Shown piece by piece: positions 11,601 to 23,502 of a stretch of DNA of 64,000 nt. The stretch is from Felis catus (taxonomy: Eukaryota): the NCBI RefSeq assembly GCF_018350175.1, contig NC_058383.1:39308001-39372000 (forward strand), written 5' to 3'. Position 1 is the first letter of the stretch; each line of letters begins with the position of its first letter. The position numbers and the translations under genes are program-made. Under the pieces are notes generated by a model. That model did not search any database, was not told where the DNA came from, and saw only the letters and a program-made list of their open reading frames with translations.

Positions 11601-14600
11601 TGGTCCTTGCGGCTGCTGTGGGTGACCATGTGGGCCTTGAGGATGCTGCCCTGGGGGAGAGCGGAGGAGCAGGGCTCAGGCACCTCCCCGGCGGAAGCGG
11701 GAGGGAGGCCCGGCCCCTCCTGCCGGCAGGGCCCCGAGCACGCAGCTCGGCCTCACCGTCTTGAAGGTCTTGTGGCACAGCGCGCACACGTATCGGCCGT
11801 CCTTGTTCACCAGCAGCTTGACCTGGGCCTGCTCGCCCTCCCCGGGAAGGCCCGGGCCCTGATGGCTGGGGCTGCCCGGGGCTTCCGCCATCTCGCTGTC
11901 CCCCGGCTCTGCCTCGGCGGCCACGATGACCTCTTTGATGTGTCCGCCGCCTGAGGAGAAGAGGGTCAGCCTGAGCCTCGAGACTCTGCGGGCCCTGCCA
12001 CCTCCTTTGATCCCTGCCCGGGGACGTTGCTAGGACACGGTGGAGCTGTCCTGACCGCCCTCCAGCTCCAGGGCCTAGTATCTGCTCCCTGAGCTGGAGG
12101 CCGCCCAGAGGAGCTCCGGGACCCCAGAAGGTGCCCAGTGGGGAGACCCACCATGAGCACCGGTGCCCCCTCCTAAGCCAAGGAGCGCAGGACCGGATGT
12201 GCGCAGGGGTCCTGCCCCCTCTGAGGACAACTGAGTGCCAGCACAGAGACGGTGGATGGGCCGGCCCCGCTCACTGCACCGGCTCCCACTGTCAGGTAAG
12301 AAAGATGCCTCGGGGGGCGGGGGGGAGGTCACCCACTGTGTCTTGCGGCCGGCAGGCTGGGGACCCTCCCGGGAGAGTGAGTGCTCCCGAGAAACCTGGA
12401 GCTGCCTGAGGAAGGAGGCCTGGCCTTGGCGCCTCTCACGGGTGATGAAAAGATCTGACGACGCGCAAAGCTAAGCTGTAAACACGCTTCATAATTTCTG
12501 CTCGTAAAAACGACACGTGGGAAGCGGCTGTAAAGCCACTTCTTAGGAACCATCTCAGTCAGTCAGACATAGTGTGTTGACAAGCCATTCTCACACAGAA
12601 CGCAAGCACCGTGACTCAGACAATTAAGGCCATCTCTCGCCCATGCCCTGGCTTATGCGCTGGATGCTCTATCTTTGCTCCGCCCCAGAAGCAAACCTCC
12701 AGAAGGCCAGGGACCTCTGCCAGGCGAGGACTTGGGATAGAGCGTGGCACAAGACACCGCAGGCGGACGGCTCAAGGAAGGGAGAACAGGGCTGCCCTGA
12801 GTCCAGAGATGAAAAGCAAGTTTGTTTCCAGCCAAGAGGCAGGAGGGCCGGGAAGAGGTATCTGGCCCCCCACACAGCCCCTGCCGACTGTGGCCCCTGG
12901 CCCCCCAATCCTGGGAAGCCAGCAACTGGCAGTTTAGGACTCTAGCCAACCCCGGAGCAAGGAGTAGCAGACTCCTAGCAGGCACGTGGTGCACCCAAGA
13001 TGCCTGCAAAGGGGGAAACTCCCAAGGGGACAGAGAGGCAGGAGGTACCCAGAGGGGAGCCCTCAGAGCACAGGGACGAGCCACCGAGCAGCAGGTGTGG
13101 GCCAGCCGGAGGTCAAGGGGGCGGGAAGGGGCCTGGCTAGAGGTGCCACCCAACCCCAGGGGATTTGTTTTCCCATATGACACCATCCAGGGCCAGAGCA
13201 CGGCCCCACCCCCCACATGACAACATTCCTATCCAGAATGGCAACAGGTGAATGTCCCTGTCCACAGGAATGTCAGGCAGGGGAAGGGACAGCATGGAGA
13301 CAAGGACGGATGTCCGGCTGCCTCCCTGAGGTGGGTCCGTGGCAGAAAGGCCTACTCTGCGGCTCCCCTCCCGAGGTCTCCACCCCTCTTCCTGCCCCAT
13401 CCGGTCCCAAGGGCTTCCCAAGGCCAAGGTGTACCTGTCACCCAAACCCACATCCTGTGCAGCCTCCCACTCAGGCACCTGCCAAGACTCCTGCCCAGCA
13501 GACCCCTAGATAACAACCCTTCCTTCCAAGCTGGGCAGCAGGCTGCACCCTCCTGTCCGGCTGCCCTTTGAAGGCTCCCCCTTCCCATTCCAGACCTATC
13601 AACTCCCCCGTCTCCCGCTGCACACCAGCAAGGCACTCGAACTTAAAAAGAGCCATCAAGGAGGCTGACTGGGCACTATACGCTCATAAAAGCCAGGTGA
13701 GAATCAGGGCAGGAGTTGCCACCCCCACAGGGGAGGGGACAGCCAAGGTCAGACAGCAGGTCCAGACAGGGCTGGAGCCACCAGTGCATCCTGTGCATAC
13801 CCCAACCTGACCCATCAGAGTGGACTGTGGGGTGGGGAGCAGGAACCAGGGTTGGCAGAAAAATGGGGAAGATTCCAGAAGGACCAGGGAAGGACCAGGG
13901 AAGCAGCAGGAGCAAGCAGCCAGCTCGTGACTGTGCACAAAGGGAGGACTCCCTGAGCGCAGGCCACACGCCTCCCCTCTCCTGGCGGGCAGGGCTTGGT
14001 GCCCAGTGCTCACTCTGGAGGGCCTCGGCCCTCCTCAGCCAGGCTTTGCTCTCAGGAGAGCAGAGGGTCACAGCAGCAAGGGTCCCTCGCCTCCAGCCCT
14101 AACCACAAACAGCTGTGCTGAGAGCCACACATGGACAGACACTGGGAGACCGCGCCGGCTTACCCACGATGTCGGGTGCGTGGCTGATGTCTGTCGTTAA
14201 TGCGGCCGTCTCCACCACGATGTGGGCCACCGTGATGGGCTCCTCCGGGCCGGCCACCGCTGGCACCACCTGCCATGGGGGGACAGGGGACAGAAAGGAT
14301 TCTCCTACAGGGCTCCAGAGTTCCCTTGGCTTGGAGAGGGAAGGCTTGGGTTTATCTCCACATGGGAAGGCTGCGGTGGGACCTGTCATCTCCCCCGACA
14401 TCTCTCCCACCCTAGTCCCTCCAACCCAGGCCTAAGGGGTCAGCCCCGTCACTCAAATGCCCCTGGCCACCATGGGCCAGATGCAGAGCAGCGAGCACCC
14501 TTGCAGAGGGCTCCCGGGAGAAGTGACCGGCAGTTCCAGCCCGAAGCCCAGCTGGCTGTGCAGGCATGAAGGTCAGCACCCTCACCCACCAGCCCCAGCC

Positions 14601-17222
14601 AAGCTATCAAGCGATGTGGGTCCAGGGGCCTTCCTAGGGGAAAGGGCACCACCGGGAGGGGCCAGGAAAGAGCACAGGGTCTGAGGGAGATGGCTGTAGT
14701 CCCACCGTCCTCTGGGCCATTCCCTGTGACGAGCTGAGGCGGCTGACATCTCCCAGAGCCTCCTTTCCCAATGCCATCCGACGAGGGGCCCGAGAACACC
14801 ACCGTGCAAAGGTGCTGGGGACCTTCAGAGGCCTGGATGCGTACAGCCCAAGCACGTGCAGCATGACAACCTTGGCCATGTTTATGACAAAGTGGCAGGA
14901 CTCCCAGAGCCACCCTTTGCAGGATCCCGAGAAACCATGTGTCAGGGGTGCCTGGGCGCTCAGGTGGTTGAGCATCTGACTCTTGTTTCGGCTCAAGTCA
15001 TGATCTCACAGTTGGTGAGTTCAAGCCCCACGTCAGGCTCTGTGCTGACAGTGCGGAGCCTGCTTGGGATATTCTCTCTCTCTCTCTCTTCCTCCCCCAG
15101 CCTCTGTCTCTCTCTCAAAATAAATAAATAAATTTTAAAAAGGAAAAGAAAAAGAAACCGTGCGTACAGGGCAGGAGAGAAGCCAAAAGAACAAAAGCCA
15201 CCATGACAGCCCTGAGCCACTGAGCCAGGACAGACCCTGAGGCTCCCTCCAAGAAAGGAGGGATGTCAATTGTGCAGGCTTCAGCCAGAGGCTGCTGGGA
15301 AGGCAGGGCCATCCCAGGCCATCCAGGAAACCAGGGATACTGCCAAGCTCTTAGGGACAGGGCCCAGGCTCCCTCACCCATGACCAGATGCCTGTCCTCT
15401 GTCCACCCCCGTGCCACAGGGAACCGGCTGCACAGGTCTGTCAGGGCACGGCACACCCCTTCCCAGCCACCAGGTGAGCCCAAGGAGGAGGGCGCACATG
15501 TGCGTGGACGTGTGGTGGCAGGTGGAGAGGGCTTACCTCCTGGCCCAGCAGCGCAGCAGCAGCAGGGGCGGCAGGCAGGGCCTCCTGAGGGGCCCGCTGG
15601 CAGACTTTCTGGAGTTTGTGCTGAACAAAGTCTTCCAAGGCAGTGAACTCGGCCTGGCAGCGGCCACATCTGTGCACATCGTCCTCATCTGCAACAAGCC
15701 TGTGCTCAGTGGGGCCTGGGAGGGCCTCCAGCCCCAGGCCAAACCCACCGAAGGGTGCCATCGGACCACAGGCACCTTCCAGCCCCTGGTGACCTGCGGA
15801 AGAGGTGCCCACCCCAGGGAGAACAGCATCCAGCAGGTGGGGGCCCCAACCTGAGAGTTGGACTGCAGAGATCCAGTGAGGCTGCCGTGCCCAAAGCCCC
15901 CACTTCAGAGATGAGGGGACAGAGCCCCAGGGAGCAGCTAAGAGGTGGAGGGATTCACCCAAGCCGGTCTGGGGACAGTGGAGGACCAGAGTTTAAGATT
16001 GCTTCATCGGCTCCGAACGGGCAGGAGCTCCCTCTTCTGGAGAAGACACTCAGGGTGGAACTTCCCAGAGAGGCTCCACACCCCAGGCTCAAGTCCCTCA
16101 CCATGTAGGCTGACCATGCCTGCCCCAGGTCCTACAGCAGGCACTTCCCACTCACTGAGCCCCTCCTGGGTGCCAGGCACCTCACTGGGGAAGTCCCCAA
16201 ATCCAGCCAGCGCCCTGGGGAAATAAGGATGACTATTCTCATTCCAGGAAAATAGTGCTCGCTTCGGCAGCACATATACTCATTCCAGGAAAAGGACCTG
16301 AGATTCAAGACCACCCAGCTGGTGAGTGTTCGGGCCAGAGTCTGAACCTGAGGGTCTACTCCAGATGCCCCGCTATTTGCACAAAGGGATGGGAGGATGT
16401 TGCTTGTGCTTCTGTAAAAGTCTGCCAGTTCCCACCACCTCACATCCGGTCCCACATCAAGGTCAAACCCAGGCCTGGCACACGGAAGGAGCCCAGTCCA
16501 TGTCTTTTGACTCAGTGAGCAAACAGAGGCCCACACCACACCCATGACGGGCCCACACAAGACCACCTGTCAGAGGGCGATCCCCTCCAGATGGTTCGCA
16601 GTCACAAGCGAAGCACTGACGTGCCCACCACCCTTTTAACCTTCCCCCCTTGCTCTCCAAGTCTGACTCGCTGTTGCCAGCGAAGGAACACCCACCACAG
16701 AAGGGGACACACTCCGCCCCGTGTAACAGTGACAAGGCTGGGGGCAAGCACAGCAGGGCCCAGCAACCTCCGAAGAGATCCCTCTCCAGGCTGGCACTGC
16801 CCCTAGTGGTACTGCCCCTCCCCCAGCTGGAATAAGAAGGAGCAAGGAAAAACCATGCGCTGAGAATAGGAGTTCTGCGGAGACGGGGGCCACTACCCCA
16901 ATATCGCCAGCCAGCCCCCCTCCTGTCTGGCCCAGTCTATAGCCTCACGAGACAAGCTCGGAGGAGAGAGACCCAACTTCTGTCTGCACAAGCTGTCAGG
17001 GCGCCCGGTCGTCGGCTCTGCCCTCAGCCAGTTGCCACGGGCTCCGTCTTCCTTCTCACCGGGGTCCGGGGAGGCAGCGCAGCCGAGAAGTTAGGGGAGT
17101 CGGTTGAGGAGTCACACAGCCCCGGCATCCAGTCCAGTCCTTGCTACTTACTAGCTGGGTGACCTGGTCACCTTCACACCTTTGAACCCCAATTTCCCGC
17201 ATCCACAAAATGGGAATGAGTC

Positions 17223-17259
<37 letters not shown>

Positions 17260-18123
17260 GAGCGTCCAGGGTTGGTTTGAGGACAAAAACGCTGATGCCG
17301 GGTAAGTGCTTAACACGTTTTTAGCAGCAGCAGCGGCGGCGGCGGCAGCAGCATCCCCTGCCCAGGACCAAACAGCCAGAAAGTGGCGAAAGTGGCAGGT
17401 GTGGGATGGAGCCCGCAGGCCGGCTGCAGGGCACCGGCTCTCCACCACTGGGCTCTGCTGCCTCCCCGAGGGGCAGCCGGGGGCCTGGGGGCGAGGCCCC
17501 GCCCCACCGCACCCCCAGCCTCCAGCCCCACCCCAGCCAGGGCTCTAGAAACCCGTCAGGTGCATTGGGAGGGGGCCCAGAGGAGGACGGGGCCTTGCCC
17601 AGACAGGGAGGCGAAGAGGCGCCTGACCGCCGGCCTGAGGGCCAAGGCCGCCAGTGGAGGCGACGGCAGAGGTCTACACACGAGCAGCCCCACAGCCTTG
17701 GGCACCTGTGAGTACCCGCGAGTGGGCACCGAGGCCCACGGGGTGATGGGCGTCCCACAGGAGAGGCCCGAGGGTCTGAGGAAGCCGGGGAGCGCGTGGA
17801 GGGCCATGCAGGACCCCTTGGGGACCCGTGAGGTCCGCAAGGAACCGGGGTCTGGGACGGTCGGTCGCGTCCACAGCTTAGGCCCTCGGAGCCGCCTCCA
17901 ACCAGGACTGAGCCGTCCCCACCCCGGCCGCGCCCGACCCTGTCAGGCCCCGTCAGGCCCTGTTACCTTCTTCGCTAAAGGGCGCCGGGAGGCCGAGGAA
18001 CCCGCCAGGAGCCAAGGCCGCCGCCGCCGCCGCGACCCCGCCCTCGCCCGCCTCCCGCCCGGCTTCGGCCCGGGCTTCTGCCGTATGCGCGGCCGTCACC
18101 CGCACTGCCATCGCGCCCTCCAT
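8602..18123 (-). CDS. E4F1: Transcription factor E4F1 (C2H2 zinc fingers, 783 aa)
   Basis: 14 exons: 18123-17967, 15688-15537, 14269-14164, 11950-11757, 11650-11530, 11410-11258, 11164-10995, 10672-10463, 10191-10083, 9986-9769, 9610-9412, 9333-9191, 9110-9048, 8958-8602 = 2352 nt; MEGAMAVRVTAAH start, two C2H2 finger clusters, ...EVQTVIV* end. Confidence 0.97.
14945..15152 (+). mobile_element. CAN-SINE (SINEC_Fc-like) in E4F1 intron 2
   Basis: tRNA-like head, (CT)n, AATAAA/A-rich tail; degenerate TSD agaaacc(a/g)tg(t/c)gt on both sides. Confidence 0.93.
16255..16280 (+). pseudogene. RNU6: U6 snRNA 5' fragment (3'-truncated retrocopy)
   Basis: GTGCTCGCTTCGGCAGCACATATACT equals U6 nt 1-26; flanked by direct repeat ctcattccaggaaaa at 16238-16252 and 16279-16293. 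Confidence 0.9.
17110..17320 (+). mobile_element. MIR element interrupted by a (CAA)n run
   Basis: cttactagctgggtgacct...tttcccgcatccacaaaatggg [CAA]n agggttggtttgagga...taagtgcttaacac follows the MIR core order. Confidence 0.65.
17224..17259. repeat. (CAA)12 trinucleotide repeat
   Basis: Perfect run; a mixed (GCA/GCG)n run follows at ~17323-17352. Confidence 0.95.
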
Positions 18124-18700
18124 GTCGCAACGCGCCGCAGGAAGATGGCGGATTTACGACCGTGTCGTCATAACAACGGGCCGCGCTGAGGCGAGCGAGA
18201 GAAAACGACGAGACGAGGCCGACGGGGCGGAGCCAGGTGGGTTTGACAGACAGGCAGCGGGGCGGAGCCTAGGAAGAGAGGCCTAGAATCTCAGAGGCGG
18301 GGCCACACTCCCGGAGAGAAGGCAGGGGGAGGGGCTGCTCGGGGGCGTGGTTACGCTGGAGCGGACTGACTGGCGGGCGGAGGGGCGGGGACAGAGGCGG
18401 GCCCGAGGGACGGGGCGGGGTGAGGCGGGGGCGTGGCCATGCCGGAGGGGCGAAGGGCTTGGTTCCCCCGAGCGGCCCCGGAAGCTTCAGGAAAGGTTGA
18501 AGCAGACGTTCTGAGCCGGTGGTGCAGCCGCGGGCGCTCCGCCGGCGAGACACTGCCCCACCCCAGCTCCGGCGAGTAGTGTGGTGCGCGGGTAGTGCGG
18601 TGCTCGTCGCCCCAGCCCCACCCCCTCGGGTCAGAGCCTCCCTTGTTGCCACGGTCGCCGGGAGGCACCCGATTTGGGTTTGGCGTAGCTTCGCTAAGCC
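17850..18700. promoter_or_regulatory. CpG-island promoter of E4F1
   Basis: CpG dense, several GGGGCGG(A/G) GC boxes, YY1-type AAGATGGCGG at 18142-18151. Confidence 0.85.
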
Positions 18701-18714
18701 TTTTATACTTACGC

Positions 18715-19175
18715 GTATTTTTTAAATTGTAATAAATATACATAAGACTTGCCTTTAATGGCATTTAGTGCATTCACAACGTGCACACAATGTGCATCAC
18801 CACCGCCAAGTTCCAGAACATTGTCGTCATTCCAAGAGGAAACCTAACCCCTTAGCACTCACTCCCCATTCTCCCCTACTCCCAGCCCCTGGCAACTACT
18901 TTCAGTCTGTAAGGATTTGCCTTTTCTGGATATTCTCAAATAAGTGGAAGTACACATGTGGTCTTGTACATCTGGCTTGTTTTGCTTAGCATAATGTTTC
19001 CCAGATTCATCTGTACTGGAAGCACGTCACTACATTTCTTTTTATAGGCTGAATAATATTACATCGCCAGGAAAGACCACAATTTATTTAGTCTTCGCAT
19101 TCGGTTGGGTTGTTCCCACCTTTTCCACTATTATGAACAGTGCTGCCATGAACACACATGTACAAATTCCTTTTA
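18715..19175 (-). mobile_element. L1MB-type LINE 3' fragment
   Basis: ttccagaacatt..., cccagcccctggcaac, ttagcataatgtttcccagattcatc, ggctgaataatatt, tgctgccatgaaca are ancestral L1 3'-end hallmarks in reverse. Confidence 0.8.
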
Positions 19176-19199
19176 TTCTTTTCAGGTGATATTTAATTA

Positions 19200-19380
19200 G
19201 CTCTATGAAGCTAAGCACTTTACAGGATTTTCTCATTTAAGTACCAATCGCCCCCATTTTGAAGATGAAGAAACTGAGGCACAGTACTGATAGGACGCTT
19301 GCCCAAGGGCGGACTGGAGACGGAAGTCTGCACAGAGCCATGGGCTGGAAACCCACAGGATGTGCTCTCTCCCACATCAG
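19200..19380 (-). mobile_element. MIR fragment
   Basis: cccattttgaagatgaagaaactgaggcacag...cttgcccaagg MIR core. Confidence 0.75.
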
Positions 19381-20543
19381 TTATCTTCTGTGGCCCAGCC
19401 CTGTGCTGAATCCCAGAGACTCAGATGAATCAGAACTGGTCTCCTCCAGGAAGGCTAATCTCTAGAAAAGACCAAGCAGAGACTCAAGGGACGGGGCAGA
19501 GAGTAGACTGTTCTGCCCCGGCAAGGACACCAAGCAGAGACTGTCTCCATGCTGGGGCTGCCCAGCTGGGCCCCCGAGGACCCTTGGCCTGGCAGAAGCT
19601 GGCCTGTGTGAAGCACAGGTCAGACGGTTGCTTTCTGCATGAGGCTTGCTCGCCAATGCAGGGGGATAGGCAGACGGTGTGAACGCATTTCAAAAGGATC
19701 CCTCTGACTGCTGTGCGGATAAAAGGACCTCAGGGCCCATAGAGGCAAGAAGATCCCAGATGGATGGTCTCTGAGAGGGACAAACCGGAGGAAGACCGGG
19801 GGCTGCGGGGAGCTTGTGGAGGGGGCTTCTGGGAAGGGAGGACCAGGAAGACACCTCACTTAAGGATGTGCTGAAGAGTAATGGTGAAGCCATCAGAGAG
19901 AGAGAGGAAGCCCCAGAGGAATGGGATAGGGCAGGGTCTCAAAGGCAGAGGACCCCCTGAGTGTGGGTGGACACGAGGAGGAGCCGGCCCAGGGGAGACA
20001 GAGAGCCTGACTGCCGCGTGCTCCAGAACCGTGTCCGGAGCGGACCAAAGCTCCTGCCTGGAGGCTCCCTGGGAGTCAGGAAAGGGCATCCTGCACCAGT
20101 GAGTCCCAGGTCCTGCGTTAGCGAGAGCCCAGGCAGGCCAGCGGGTACAGGGGCAGACAGGCCTAAGGTCACTGAGAGGCAGAGTGGCCAGAGAAAGACA
20201 GGAAAACCGGAGTCCCCACGCCCCCAAACAGCCTCCTCCCCGACCCAGCCCTCCGCGGCACGGGCTCCAGCGGCACCCTGTGTGTTTTTAGAGTCAGTGC
20301 TGTGCTGACCTGCCGTGGCCAGAGCCACGGAGACTCCATCACCCTTTATGAGGACTGCTCAACCTCTGTTCTTTGATGGACGTATTGAACCAGTCCCATG
20401 CTGAAGAATATTTAGCTTGCTTCCGAATTGTTTTGTGTGCCACTTGAGTCCTTTTGAAATGACTCCCTTTTTTACTTCGCTCATTGGAAGCAATACCATC
20501 TGCGAAGACAGATTCAATGGCTCCTCGCATTTTCTAATACAAC

Positions 20544-20762
20544 TTTTTTCATGTTTGCTTATTTATTTTGAGAGAGAGAGAGAGAGAGAGTGAGCATGCA
20601 AGCAGGGGAGGGGCAGAGAGAGGGAGAGAGAAAGAATCCCGAGCAGGCTCCTCACTGTCAGCGCAGAACCCCACGTGGGGCTCGATCCCACGAACCATGG
20701 GACCATGACCTGAGCCGACATCAAGAGTCAGACCCGGCCTGCTGAGCCCCCCGGGCACCCCC
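20544..20762 (-). mobile_element. CAN-SINE
   Basis: Reverse copy: T-rich tail, (GA)n, ...ctgagccccccgggcacccc; ctaatacaa repeated on both flanks. Confidence 0.92.
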
Positions 20763-21159
20763 ATTAGTTCCTAATACAATTTAAATCCATGCAAGGCTGT
20801 TAAAATTAAATAGCGTCTGGTGTTTGTCCTTGTACCATCTAAATCCGTGCCCCATATAGCCCGCGGGGGGGAGGGGGGCTTCCTCACTTTGGGGAACCCT
20901 GGCGGCATCCATTCGCAGATATACACTGAACGTCTACCGTGTGTCGGGAACACATCATGACCATGATGCACTCCTCCCCCATCTATACAGGGCACCTCAC
21001 TCAAGGTCAGCCCCCCTGCCATAAAGTGCACTGTCCCTTCCGGCCTCCTGCAGGACCATGACCACAACCACCTCCCCTCTCGACACTGGCCGCCCCACCT
21101 TTCCCAGTCCCTACAACCCACAGGACGTGTCAAACCAATCAGGTATGGCAGAGCTCCAC

Positions 21160-21330
21160 TTTGGAGTCAACTGAGTTTGATCCCAACCCTACCTCGTCCA
21201 GCCGGTGACTCTCTCTGGCTCAGTTTCCTCATCCACGAATGGGGACACTACTAGCCTCTGCCTCTTAGGGCTGTGATGCAGGTGAGGAGCAGGGCTCAGT
21301 GCCTAGATGCTTACCAGTGCCCAGGAGACC
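21160..21330 (+). mobile_element. MIR fragment
   Basis: tgagtttgatccca...ctcagtttcctcatcc...atgggga...tagggctgtg. Confidence 0.6.
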
Positions 21331-21869
21331 AAGGCACCCGGGCAGGTATTGCACACGCTGGCCCATGGCTGCACAGCAACAGCACTGGCCAGTGTACCAT
21401 ATACCCTGGATGCTTCTGGGTGAAAGCAGTATTTCTGATCCTCTGTCTAATCCAGCTCTTCCCCGCGTCAGCTCCACCACCAAAACTAAGCGGGAAGACA
21501 CAGGGAGGAAGGTGCTCCCCTTGTGGGCAGTGGGTGCACCAGGCAGGAACACTTTGCATGCCCTGCCTTTGTGGGCCACGGCCCCTCCAATCTCCTCCAG
21601 GGGTTCCCAGGCCAACAGAGACCAGCAGAAACGAGCCACGTATAAATAAACAGGGCCCTAAGGGAACTGAGGTCACTGGTTTTACCTCATGGGTTTGGGG
21701 GTGGGAGTGGGTCCAGAGCAGACTTTATGGAGACCTGGGGCCCAAGAGAAGAGCAGGAGTTTGACACTCTGGGAGCTGGGGGTCTGGGGCACCTGTCACA
21801 GGGTAGGCTTTCAAGAAACCGGGCCCTTTGTAATTCTGCTCCCTGGCCCTACTGGAAGTAATAACGATA

Positions 21870-22400
21870 AACATACACCTACCTGTGAACTTGCAGTTCC
21901 GATCGCAATTATATTTCACCCAAGAGAAATGAGTGCCTGGGTCCACAAATGAGTGTGTAGGAACCAGAATGTTCACAGAAGTATTATTTACAATGCTCCT
22001 AAACTGCAAACGACCCAATGTCCACCTACTGGAGAACAGACCGACGGATGTATTCTTACAAGGGCTCACATGGCAATTAAAACAACAGAAAAGGATGGAT
22101 TTCCCAGACATTGTGTCGATCCATAGCAGCGAGACTCATGGCAAGTCTGTGAGACCATCTGGAACAGGCAGAGGAGGCTATGACTCATCCCATGGTGACA
22201 GAAGTCGGAAAAGTGGTTGGGGGAGGGGTATCCGCTATTGACTGGCTGAGGGACTGTGAGGGAACTTTCTGGAACGAGGGAAATATCCTCTGGCTTGATG
22301 TGGGTTGTGTTCACACAGGCGTATAGGTATGGAAAAATCCATCAAGCTGCACACTTAAGGTCGATGCACTTTTACTGTGTATGAGGTCTCAATAAAAGTT
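21870..22400 (+). mobile_element. Ancient L1M (L1ME-like) 3' end
   Basis: acccaagagaaatga, aatgttcacag, acccaatgtcca, gagggaactttctgg, caagctgcacacttaag, ending ctcaataaaa. Confidence 0.75.
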
Positions 22401-22466
22401 AACAATGATACCAAATAAGATGATGGTAAGTGCTGTGTTCTACGCAGTGTCTTCTTAACCCCTAAA

Positions 22467-22556
22467 CCTGCCGCCTTGTAATAACTCGTTCGCATGACCA
22501 CTAAGGCAATCCCGCCGCCTTATAATAAATAACCCGTTCACAGTACCACTAAAGCA
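22467..22556. repeat. Imperfect ~44-bp tandem duplication
   Basis: cctgccgccttgtaataactcgttcgcatgaccactaaggca (22467-22508) and cccgccgccttataataaataacccgttcacagtaccactaaagca (22511-22556). Confidence 0.85.
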
Positions 22557-22570
22557 CAGGGAGAGCGTTT

Positions 22571-22796
22571 AAAAAAAAAAAACAAAAACATTTTTTTATT
22601 TTACACTTATTCATTTTTGAGAGACAGAGCACAAGCGGGGAGGGGGCAAAGAGAGAGGGAGACACGGAATCCGAGGCAAGCTCCAGGCTCTCAGGTGTCA
22701 GCACAGAGCCCCACGCGGGGCTCGAACTCACCAACCCCGAAATCATGACCCGAGCCAAAATCGGACGCTTAACCGACTGAGCCACCCCGGCGCCCC
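22571..22796 (-). mobile_element. CAN-SINE (SINEC_Fc-like)
   Basis: Reverse copy ending ...ttaaccgactgagccaccccggcgcccc; TSD aggga(g/a)agcgttt at 22558-22570 and 22799-22811. Confidence 0.95.
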
Positions 22797-22829
22797 TTAG
22801 GGAAAGCGTTTTTGCAAAGGGCCAGATAT

Positions 22830-23502
22830 GGGAACGCGAGGCCTGCCGGGACGGAGCCCCGGGCTGCACTCGGCACTCAGCCGTAATCGGCTCACGCGCT
22901 AACACCGTGTCGGTCCGCAGCGTGCCCAGGGCGGAGGGCACGGCCCGGCGCCGCCCAGGAAAGGTGCAGGCGTGACGCCTACCCCAAGGCGGACCTCTCC
23001 GCCCGCCACAACGCCCCGCCGCGCTCCTGCCGCGGAGAAGCCAGCCAATCGGCAGCCGGCCCGGCCCGGGGTCACTCGATTAGGGGCCTCCGTCACCTAG
23101 GCTGACCACGCGGCGCCAATGGGCGAGCTGCCCTGCGGCCGCCAATGAGCTGCGGCCTTACGTCCAGCGCCGGCTCTGGGCTCCTCCGCAGCGTTTCCGC
23201 AGTGAACGCTCCTCTCCGAATGCCGGTTGGCTCCCTTCCAACCAATCACCGGGGAGCCTCGGACTCAATAGCCAATAGCCGCCCGCCTCCCAGTGCCGGG
23301 CCGCGACGGTTGGCGCTGAGTTCCCGCAGCCCGCGGGAGGCGGGGGCGGATTGGCGCAGGTGGCGTCCAATGGGCGGCGCGCGCGAGGAGCGGGGCCAAT
23401 GAGCGCGCCGGGGGCGGGGCGGGAGCTGCGGCGGGCGGCTGCAAGGAGCGGCCGGTGGCGGCGGCGGCGGGCGGCCGGTGGCGGTGGCGGCGGCGGGCGG
23501 CC
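22830..23502 (+). promoter_or_regulatory. CpG-island promoter and 5'UTR of PGP with clustered CCAAT boxes
   Basis: CCAAT at 23045, 23116, 23142, 23242, 23272, 23367, 23396 and ATTGG at 23350, plus GC boxes. Confidence 0.85.

Noticed and set aside
16255-16280. Functional U6 gene
   Set aside because: Only 26 nt; lacks the ACAGAGA box, 3' end and upstream PSE/TATA
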